From Balanoglossus misakiensis (lineage: Eukaryota; Animalia; Hemichordata), in NCBI GenBank assembly GCA_040954595.2, contig CM082576.2:11225129-11289128 (forward strand): a DNA stretch of 64,000 nt. Direction: 5' to 3'. The position numbers and the translations under genes were made by a program. The notes below the pieces were generated by a model. It saw only the letters and a program-made list of their open reading frames with translations. It was not told the DNA's origin and searched no databases. Positions 53,801-64,000 of this stretch are shown piece by piece (within the stretch, counting starts at the first letter, position 1; every line of letters begins with the position of its first letter).

Positions 53801-56800
53801 TTACTCACTTCTTGTTGTGTTGCACCTAAATCACTGAGTAATGTTGTAATTTGTGATTGGTATTCAGCAGCTGCTGGTTGCCTTAATAGACTCAGTAGCT
53901 GTACCTGGTATGGGGGAAGAGAAACCACAGGGTTTAAGGTGGTACCAAAAGATTCAAATTGCTAGGAAACCATCGATAAGAATTTAAGAAAGCGGACACA
54001 ACCTTCTGATTTTTTAAACAATGTAAATTAGTAACAGCCCTATTGGTACCGTAATTCCTGTATTTTATACCATAATTATTGTATTAATAAATTTGCTATA
54101 GTAAATATTATTTGAAAGATCATGACAGACTACTGTTTTTTCTCCTTACCTTGAGATTCTTCCTGACACTACTGACTTGAGACTTGGCCAGGGTTGGTGG
54201 TAAATTCACTGCAAGTTAGAAGAACTTCTGTGTGATTTTAGGGTAAACTAAAATGACAAATTCCGCTAGTCCCAACATTACTATCATGCCTTGTTATTCG
54301 TATGAATAGGAAATTAAAATTCACTGTGAACAACATTCAATTAATGAAGCTCTGTAGCAACAAAGGCGTTTAATTTCAGTTTGACATAACTCTTACCGTG
54401 TAAGCTTTCAAATGCCTGCACAACTTTGCCCATGAAGGACGGTCTTTGTTTACCAATGGTCGTCATGGTACTCATTGTAGCCATCAGGTTAACACTTGAA
54501 ATGACAAAAGATAAAATAATTTTACGCATCTATTCAATAATTGACTTTTCCGATCAGTTCGTATAATACTTATGAAATGAGGTTGACAAATTCATAAATA
54601 CATGTAGGTCAACGTCTACATATTCTGTCACCCCTCATCAGAGATTGCACTTTTCATGTGATGTCTGGAGAAATATCGATGTCAATATCAGGAATCTCAC
54701 GGGCTATATTTCTAGGTGATGTAACCAACCTGGTAATACTAGGCGATGCCATGAACTTCATCAAATTATCATAAGTAGTCTGGCCCTCCAGTTTGAGGTC
54801 ATCATAACTCAGTATAGGGTGATTCTGTGGTACCTGTTGATCATGAGATGAGGAAGGGGGAAATGACATATAAGATCAGAAAACAGCACATTTATCACTC
54901 TCCATTGCTCCTGTCTCAAGCTGCGTGAGAGTTTCACTTGATTTGAAGATAAGATACTCTATTAATTAAAACCTACTGACATTTTAGAGATGATAATTGA
55001 AAGTTTCAAAGTTTCAGTAAGTAAACTTACCTGATCCAGTGAAACATCTCCTTCTGACTTCTTCGGGATTTCAGAATCCGGCGACTTGCCGGACAGGACT
55101 ATGATCATCATTTCCAAGAACTTGATTACATGTGTACGCACACTTGGGACAACAACAAGAGAATAATAGTAAGCACTATTGTTGATGCAAAACAGTCTGG
55201 TGTAATAAGGTAACCTGGATCAAGTTTGGCTGGTTAAGGTGTTACCGTTTTGCATACACGCTGCAAGAACAGTGACTGTACATTGTCAAAACAAACGTAT
55301 CGTTCTTTTCATATGTTTAAGAAATGTTGCGTGAGACTTTCTAGTGTCGATGTTTATTGCAACAATATGTAACATGAACACTACCAATTTACCTCCAATC
55401 AACTCATACTGTATATAGGCATGAAAGATATTGCTACAGGTCACTCATGAGCAGAGTTCTGAAAGGCATTGTCACTGCTCACATACACACAGTTTTGTGG
55501 CAACTAAATGCTCAGTGAGTGATGGTTTTATTCCAACACATCCTGGACTCACCCATCATTTTCGGATTCTAACATGGCTTTGATTTTGTTTTTCATCTCC
55601 GTCATGACTTCCCATGTTGACTCCATTTCTTCCCTGATTGTCTTGGACTTGCAGATCCACTGTAAAATGTAAGTGTATGTGCCATGAATCTCATTATAGG
55701 GAATTTAACTGAAATGATTTTCTAGATTATTTAATTTTGCTAACTCAGTTTTGGACATTATTTTTCACCTCCTCAGACTGTAGAATTTTTTTTTTTTCAA
55801 TGAGAAATGAGACCACTGATGAACTTACCTTGAGAGCCACTTTGTACAATTGTGTGTTACAAAGTATCACTTTCTTCACAACTGCTACATTCTGAGTGAC
55901 ATCACTCAGCATCATATTCAGATGTATCACCACGTTACTTAACAGTTCATTATCTTTTTTACTGTTGAGAGAAAATGTGAAACGTGTGAGTATGCACTGT
56001 TCAATTTTCATATGCTTCTCTAACTTTATTATTAATTGACCATGGTAACTTAAATTGTGAAAAAGTATGCACTCGGTTAAAAGACTGAAATTTGCTTGAT
56101 GCAACTTTTTGTTGCAATATAGGCTTAGATGTTATCTATCCACAAGGTACAATCCCAAGATGTATTCTTCATCAAATTATAGGTATTTAAAAGAAAAGAA
56201 TGAACTACTGTACTTACCAGGCTTCTTCGATGAAACCAACCACAAATTTCTTAACATCTGCTGATTTATCGTGTTGAAACTGCAACATCTCCTGCAGAGT
56301 GGAAATAACCATATTAGTTGTAGCACAAACAATGTACGTCTACTACTAGCATACAATATAGTTGTTACAATTAATAAATATTTTATTGACATGATTTTGG
56401 AACCATTAATTGAGGCTAAGGATAATGAATACTATTGTGATACATGATCAGAAGCAGGATAAATGTATAGATTTCTGTAGGCCATTAGAAGAAGGTAGCA
56501 TCCATTTCAGGTGTAGAAAAGCACATTACTAAGGTGTACTCTTGGCACCAAGGGAGATAATTGCAAAATACTTACATCTAGAAAACTGTCAAGCAAGCCT
56601 GGATCTCTGTTGACGATCAATTCCTGCACCTGTTTCAAATTGCTGATTTTCTGGGCATCTTTTGTCAGCAGATGGGCCTGATTTAGCAGATCTACTACCT
56701 ACAAGGAGGAAACAAAATTGAATGTTGGGAAAGTTAAACATGAACTGTTTTCTTTTAAAACACAACTTAAAACCCATCTTTTTTTAAAGCACCATCATCA

Positions 56801-56806
56801 CCACTG

Positions 56807-56849
<43 letters not shown>

Positions 56850-57207
56850 ATTTCAACATCATCATCATCATCAATTTCAACATCATCAATTTCATCATCA
56901 TCATCATCTTCATCATCATCATCATTGTTATTATAGTGTGCTGTTTGATGTTTACGAGTATTCCTTACAAGCTGTATTGCTTTCATGGCTTAAAATACTA
57001 CCTCGGTGGGATGTCGGTGATTGCTCGGATAGCACACTACCGGTAGTTACTTGTTGTGTACAAACATGGCATGCATTGGATGATTGTCAGTCAACAACTT
57101 ACCTTGTCAGACATTGTTTCCATCTTAACGTTTGGACCTGCGACTGCATCGTCCCCTTCCTCAAGGAAAAATTGGGAAGCGATTGATCGCCGACTGTCGG
57201 CTGCCAT
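47810..57207 (-). CDS. SYMPK: Symplekin (pre-mRNA 3'-end processing scaffold), 27 exons, 1217 aa
   Basis: Exons 57103-57207, 56576-56698, 56218-56291, 55829-55961, 55553-55659, 55031-55142, 54730-54833, 54397-54494, 54150-54208, 53809-53904, 53625-53714, 53159-53302, 52865-53011, 52632-52698, 52237-52428, 51948-52034, 51582-51765, 51384-51465, 51037-51219, 50681-50859, 50393-50462, 50138-50246, 49807-49907, 49360-49552, 48875-49110, 48591-48719, 47810-48259 give an open frame (3654 nt). Motifs [85 protein letters not shown]. Confidence 0.97.
52495..52563. repeat. (GAT/GAC)n microsatellite in SYMPK intron
   Basis: Imperfect GAT/GAC/AAT triplet run. Confidence 0.9.
56794..56926. repeat. (CAT)n compound microsatellite in SYMPK intron 1
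   Basis: CAT runs interrupted by repeated CAATTTCAA units. Confidence 0.9.
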
Positions 57208-57400
57208 TTTTGCAAATTAATGTAACAGTTGGTAAAACAGCTATACTCTCAAATTGTGCGCATAACAGTGCACTGCACACAAGCACCCGACATGTGAAGG
57301 AAACAAAATGGCCGGCGAGCTGAAGTCGTGACTTTTGACCCGGAAGTTTTCATTTGTAGGTCTGACCATTTTTATGGAGGGGGCGACGACTCAACTTTGA
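57208..57400 (-). promoter_or_regulatory. SYMPK promoter
   Basis: AAAATGGC at the start codon; AAAATGGCCG YY1-like (57305); CCGGAAGT ETS (57340); GGGGGCG GC box (about 57379). Confidence 0.55.
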
Positions 57401-58161
57401 GGTGATGCGACAGTGTAATGTGTGGCATGTGGAAGGTCATTGAACGGTCACATGTATGTCAATATTCCAAATCATGATTGGAGCTGTTTGACAAGCCCTC
57501 TTATGTTTTGTAGAAAATACTAAAATTCATGGGGGTCAAAAGTGAAAAGCTGCCGATTTCTGTTCAATTTTATAAAATGTGATATGCAAAAAAACTGTGG
57601 ACCTGCATAGAAAGTGTCAAAGACATTAACAACAAATATTCATGCTGTTATTTTTTATGTATTCTTTTATTTTTCTACAATATAAATAACACAAACGGCA
57701 AATAATAATATCCACAATAACAGATTTCAAGCCCACGTATACATTACTTTTACATCTGGTTCCCAGATGTACATCATACAGCTGAAAGGACTCGGGGAAC
57801 CGGCAACTTGTTACACAGCTGCATTTCAAACAAAGAGGAATACAAATACACTCTGTAAACCAATATTTCTGCATACAAGTACTAGTACTGAGCATTTTTT
57901 TTCATTCCTTTTGACATCAGTTTAATTATCACTGAATGTTTTATTTTGCACTCTACTGCTTTTGTACGTAATGTTTGGTGACCACCACTAAAAATATCTG
58001 ACCAGTATGACCGGACTCAATTATGGAAAATATCTTGTTTCATGATAAAAAAAGTGAAAATGTGCATTTAATCCGAAGTTGGAAGTTGTGGCGAAGGACA
58101 AAAATAAGGCCTATTTAGAGTTTCTCTGCATGTATGGTGGAAAGCCTCTATCTCTTTTTTA

Positions 58162-61100
58162 TTATTGTGGACTAAAGAAAAGCCTGTTGTCTTCTTTTCC
58201 AATTCTACTTTCTTGCAACCACTGGCCGATCTTGGCATCGATTTTCTGCAAGACAGAAAAAATAAGAATAGATTTATTATTGTATCCAGGATAGAACTTC
58301 TGCTTGAAGTCTGCATTTTAAGATCATATTTATTCATTTATCCCAGACTAGTAGTATCACACTTTACCCATATCCATTTTCATAGGCATGATATTTATGT
58401 CAATGTTTTCCTTCATGTTTGCCATAAAATCACCAGAATGTCAAAAATTAGTTACTTCCATAAATTTTTTAATTTCATTATACAATGCAATTAAAACAAT
58501 AATGTGATAGATCTGAATAGTAAATCACCTGTCTCGCTTCTACTAATGACGGCAGATCACTGGGTCTTGGTTCATTCATATTTGCGCAGTGTGCAGTGCC
58601 ATTGATGAAGATAGCAGTCTCTGTTGGACTTTCATCGTGGAGTACACTCAGCGCATGCCACGGATCAATGGAACCTGCAAAAGAGAAGTCATGCATAGAT
58701 GCCATGATATTTTCCCGCTGAATACTTAATGGGAAATAGCACACTATATTTCTTCCATGCAAATGTATTCTAGTGGTTTCATACAAACTGGTGTGGTTAA
58801 ATTACACTTCATCATGATTTCGTCTCATCACCAGTATGAGCTCAGTTTCTCAAATTCTGTTTTCACACACCGATTATTGCACATCCTCGATCATATTCAG
58901 TGTCCACTTACAATCTACTCACCATTGACAAAAACAATACGAGTGCCTCTAGGGTGCTGAGCACCGTAATAAGAATTGGTGAAGTCAACTCTCTTGTCAA
59001 CAGACGTCCTTTCAATGCCAAAGGCTGCTGAGCAGAGCAGAATGCTTGATTTCAGGTCCATCAGTGGAGAGAACAGGCACGTTGTGTTGGAGTCACAAGT
59101 TTGATCTGTTGAGAAAAGGAAATTCGTGCAGTTAGACTGACCAGGAAAAATGAGCAATTTTACATGTTTCAGGGTCCATTTGTCCAAAAGTCTTACAAAT
59201 CACCTTCATGAGAAAAAAAAAGTATATAGGACTCGGGTTAAAATGTCATTTGACATGTTTCAAAGTCAATTTACTTTGAGTTTACAAGTAATTTGGTCAG
59301 CCTATGAAAGTAAGTACATTCTCTATGTCAGCTTGAGCTGTAGGAAATGTATGTATGCAACATCTACATATAAGAACAATTCTATATGCAGGAAAATACA
59401 CCCACATCAAGGATTAAAACCTACAATATCCAAACTGTGTACACGTTTGGTAAGTCCACTGTCTTATCCCCACTGCTCCTGGTTGCAGATCCACAGTTGT
59501 ATTCATGATCTCTTTCAACATGTTTTCAAATGAGTTGTCAGAACACTTCTGTCCACTGTCATACAGATATGCCTTCAAAGATATAAGATACATCACATGA
59601 AAAGTCAATACAATGTATCATGTCAAGAGCTGATATTTTTAATGTGACTAACATTTTACATGTTCACAAAGACACTGACTGTATCACATGATCTGTCCAT
59701 GAAGGGCCTGCCTACAGTACAGAGACCACTGACAACAAGTGGGTACACATCTATTGGAACTTTATGAGAGAAACATTTGAATATTTTGAACATTTGACTG
59801 CATGCATGCAAAGAAACCTTGAAGAAATTTTACAGTAATTTAATCAAGTTTATCGCAATACCACGTATTTGCATACTGGTATATTTGCAGATTCTATAGC
59901 AAACAATTTCAGACTTACAGCATTGAACTTCACCAGATTATCGTAGGGACTGCCATCCTGTGTCATATTCTGACATACAGTTTCTACGGTCCACTGAGGC
60001 ATCTCATCATTATACTGCACAATGCCCATGAACAGGCCACCCAAGTTACTGACAAAAGTTGCGGTGTCGTTGGGCTTGGAAATGTCTTCGCAGGACAGGA
60101 AATCTGTCCTCAGCTCGGTAAACTTTTTGTCCTGGATCATCTGGTCAACTGTTTTAAAAGCTGCTTTGACATTGGCAGCACACTTTAAAAGGAAACAAGA
60201 AAGAGATGGGTTATTGAGACATGTCAACGGTACTTAAAAGCAGTTGTGGACTGGCAACGAACTAGACTGTACAAAAACATTTAGTCAAATATGGTATGCA
60301 TCCTTCTCTGTAGGTAAAATGAAGTTCATTTTATACACACACACTGCAATAACATATGACACTATCCATTGTACAATGTCATGTTTCTGTCTATGTATGG
60401 AGTCCCAAAATGGCTAGAATTGACAAGAAATGATTACCTGTGGTGAACCTTTCACTACTGGATCAGACAAACTGGCAGCGACAACTTCATTGTAGCCTTC
60501 AAAATTGGTTTGAGCCTGTACAGGTGCTGAAGACGCTATGGCTCCATAGACAAGATGGGGATACTGTGTATCAAATGAATGAAGAGTCATACTTGATCAT
60601 TTGCACCAGTAAAAGAAATCCCTCCTGAATCAATTACCAATATCTGTACAGGTATAAGCTGACTGCTCCATATCAAATTGAAGTAAAATGTACAATAACA
60701 CATCTGCCATCCAATTTTTTCTTGTAAATGCAATGATGAATAAAACTGCTGGTCACTGGTCACCTGACTGCATAAAAATACATACAAATTTTACAGAGAA
60801 CTTACATATATGAAAATAATGTGTCATGCCTGGCTACTTTCTTTTCTTCCCCAGCGTATTGCAAAACGTATCGCTGGTGAATGTGTTCTTACCTTCAGTC
60901 TGAACCATGCAGACAGCGATCCTGGGTAAGATCCTCCGTAACAGATCCATGTGTTACTTTCACTCAAATTGTATTTTGACACAGCAAATCTATGAAAAGA
61001 GGCTAAATCGGCCAATCTGAAAACAAGCAATACAAGAGGCTGCATTAAAAGTAAAGAATTTGCTTACACCACATATAAATATGTTCTTTTTTATTAATGA

Positions 61101-61957
61101 ACCACTGTTTTTCTCAGAATACCCATGGGTCTTCTAGAAAAAAAAATATTGGGCAAGTATGAACCTAGAAATAAAACAGACAAAAAATTGGACTAACAAC
61201 TTACGCTTGTTGGCTTGAAAGGTACTGTAGCTGTTCAATTTTCAGACCATCCTTGTTGATGCTGCTACCATAGAAGCGGTGTTCAACTGCAAATATCAGT
61301 GCTCCATACTTCTTAGCTAAATCAACATGTTCTCCTAATAAAAGAGGTATTTATAGGCAAAAGGTCAAGGCGCTGCACACATAGCAAGGATATCTGGTCT
61401 ACACAATGTGGTGCAGTGTTTCTGAATAAAAAAGATAAAATGTAAAGATTGATAAAATTTCAAACAAACAAGTCAATATATTGATCTCACCAAACTCGAC
61501 CACTTCAGCTGTTAATCCACCTTCTCCTCCTATGTAGAGGAAGACTGGTCCATTGGGCCGGCTCCAATTGTTTGGATTAACCCAGTATCTTTGCTGATAT
61601 ACATCAGAAACCATTGGGTCAAAATGATCCAATGGCTGTGTTATGTAAAGGTCTTCAAAGTTTGCTTGAAACTGCCCAAGTTCTGGAATCACATTCTGCC
61701 ACCGATGTCTGGACTTCAGTCGCCTGTCTCTCCTGTGCTGTTCAACTTTGGCACGGAACTTCCAAAAGTTTTTACCTTAGTAAAAAGGGGTAAGTAAATT
61801 AAAGACAGCACTGATAGAAAATGATTAAAATGTCAATGATACAAGCATCTGAATCCTGGTGTTGCCATGCAGCCAGGGACACTGAATTATATAGCTTGAG
61901 ATTTGTAACTAATGACCCAAGACTTTACCGGCATGTTGTACTATGATTGACAGTGAA

Positions 61958-62005
<48 letters not shown>

Positions 62006-62246
62006 CGATCACACATTATTTTATATACAGATAGATCTATAAAACTTGAGATTGACCAATCTTTACTTTTACAACAGCGGGTAATGGTGATGAGTATATA
62101 TATGCATGACAGCTGCGGTCTAGTGTGTAGACTATAGGAAAAATGCGATTTTTATGGAATACAAAAAAAGCAGAACACCTACCGAGAATGGCAAATGATA
62201 ACTGACACAGGCACAGTGAAATGAGCAAAACCAGGAGTCGCCTCAT
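58162..62246 (-). CDS. Peptidase family S28 serine protease (thymus-specific serine protease PRSS16 / K12H4.7-like), 10 exons, 517 aa
   Basis: Exons 62183-62246, 61491-61775, 61205-61334, 60893-61016, 60438-60563, 59919-60182, 59425-59572, 58923-59105, 58529-58674, 58162-58245: signal peptide, [30 protein letters not shown] (catalytic Ser), [21 protein letters not shown] (Asp), GTAHC (His). Confidence 0.95.
61958..62005. repeat. (GAT)n microsatellite, about 16 units
   Basis: Perfect GAT run in intron 1 of the S28 peptidase gene. Confidence 0.95.
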
Positions 62247-62585
62247 CCTGGACGAAACTTATTTCAGAGAGAAATCGCTGAAACTAAAAGTATGGCTGAG
62301 AAATAACATGCGTACCGTTGATCACATGACGATTTGTTTCGCTAACCAGCTGACCCACAACCACGTGAGAGTCTAGCCAAGTGGAGGTCATACAAGGTCA
62401 CACATGTGTGGAAATTAAAACAAGGCTAGGGATTCAACCAATGGAAATCACAGCCGTCTTAGGGGTGCTTGTAAAGAGCACAGCCAACGTTGACAAAGAG
62501 ACAGGATAGAGAAGGGAACGTTTGATGCGCGTAGAGTACATTGCCTGCGAAGCTGTAAGACGAACTAAACATTTATATTCGAAGA
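62247..62585. promoter_or_regulatory. Bidirectional promoter S28 peptidase/EAPP
   Basis: Divergent ATGs 339 bp apart; ATCACATGAC (62321), CCACGTGA (62361), CACATGTG (62401), CCAAT (62438). Confidence 0.7.
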
Positions 62586-64000
62586 ATGGCTGATTATGAC
62601 GAGTACTGTGTAATTGAGGAAAGTGATGAAGAGGACAGAAGAGCTGAAAGGTATTTTATGAGGCGATACGTTGCTGTGAAACTTGTAGTACGGCACGGAT
62701 ACATACATGTTCGTCTGTACAGTGCATGCAGTGTACGTCTTGTCAGGCCTGTGGCTAGCTGTTTGTTTGTCATGCATGCTTTCCCCGACGTTTGCTTTGC
62801 AGGACTCCTGCTATCCTGCTGAATTCGCTGACCTTTCTTTGTTACTTATACAGCTCAGAAGATGAACTCGATATCATCCTTCACGGAACACCCAAGCAGA
62901 AACGACGGTTACGCAGGAGTCTCAGTAGAGGCAGTCTGGATCTGACAGATGCATCCTCTAGTGGCGATGAATTTGAAAAAGAAGTGGAAGCAGAACTCGA
63001 TGCCACAATGAAGTCATTGGAGGAACAGCATAAAAACATGGGTATGCAATTAAGACTGTATCGTGAGAGAAATCAAAGCAGAGCAGATTGGGGCACACCA
63101 CATGGAATTCTACTGAGAAAAGACTGAATGCAGCACATTGGTGTAACCTAGGTGGAGAACATATCATTGCTGTCAAGATATTATGAGCATATAACTCAAG
63201 TGTGAATTTTGGAGTGTTCACCATTGTTGACAATTAATGCACCACTGTTTCTTTTTTTTTTGCTAGGGGCCCACACTCTACCCGAGTCGACACAAGGAGC
63301 TTCAACGTCAGGTACACAGGGACAAGGGGTGAATGCAGCATCATCGAAAGAGAAACCCAGCCTGGCTGATGAATTCTATGATGATGTATATTTTGATTCA
63401 GACAGTGGAAATGAAGACAATGATGAGGGTTCCGCAGGAAGTGGAAAAAAGAAAGGTAAATGGCAATTTGGCCAAATTTTTAGGTCAGTGTACCATCTCC
63501 AAATTTTCACAAGGAAAGAGTCTAAGATCAACCAGACCACCTATCAACGTTCTCCAATTCATCATGGTCCACCAGTGCAGACATTGACTTCCAGCCTTTG
63601 GACAACCTGTTCTTAACACTGTACCTTGCTGTTGCTAAACGTCAAATCCATTTTGTTTGCAGGAAAAGGAAAGCGCAGAGTGCTCACAAACGATGAGCTG
63701 TTCTACGATCCCAACATTGATGACCAAAATGAAGAGTGGATGAATAAACAGAGAGATTTTTACAAGCCCAAGGCATCCGAGGCAGGCTCAGGAGACGCAG
63801 CACTGAAGCAGAAGAGGAATGCCAATCAGAAGCCGGCGGCCACCACAGACGCCGTGTTGAACTGTCCAGCATGCATGACGCTGCTGTGTTTAGACTGTCA
63901 GAGACACGAGCTCTACACGCACCAGTACAGGGCCATGTTTGTCGTGAACTGCCTGGTTGTGCGAGACGAGATTTTGCGGTACAAACAGCAACAGAGAGGA
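62586..64000 (+). CDS. EAPP: E2F-associated phosphoprotein (3' end beyond the window)
   Basis: Exons 62586-62650, 62854-63041, 63267-63455, 63663->64000: SSEDELDIILHGTP, DEFEKEVEAELDATMK, YDDVYFDSD, TNDELFYDP, TDAVLNCPACMTLLCLDCQRHELYTHQYRAMFVVNC. Confidence 0.96.

Noticed and set aside
52421-62137. Poly-Asp/poly-His ORFs at 52421, 52473, 56798 and 61943
   Set aside because: Intronic (GAT/CAT)n microsatellites, not exons.

Overview
Gene-dense eukaryotic (metazoan) DNA with spliceosomal introns, probably an invertebrate deuterostome (inferred from protein similarity and repeat style; organism not identified). I spliced ten protein-coding genes by hand: ACTR2/Arp2 (-), NENF/neudesin (+), a divergent MAJIN meiotic telomere-anchoring gene (-, mostly absent from the ORF track), DESI2 (+), CCDC97 (-), BROX (+), DPY30 (-), SYMPK (-), an S28/PRSS16-like serine peptidase (-) and EAPP (+, runs off the window). 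Eight genes form four head-to-head pairs. Non-coding highlights: two U61/SNORD61-type box C/D snoRNAs in ACTR2 introns, a U12-type intron in MAJIN, a GC-AG intron in ACTR2, a Kolobok/T2-like palindromic MITE nested in a small piggyBac-like element in DESI2 intron 3, and a 10.1 kb array of about 115 copies of an 88-bp monomer with higher-order periodicity between SYMPK and DPY30. The most striking observation is that the central spacer of the MITE contains a 54-bp copy of the satellite monomer that best matches the degenerate edge monomer of the array, linking a transposon to the origin or spread of the satellite. Homology calls are by recognition of translated sequence; no searches were run.
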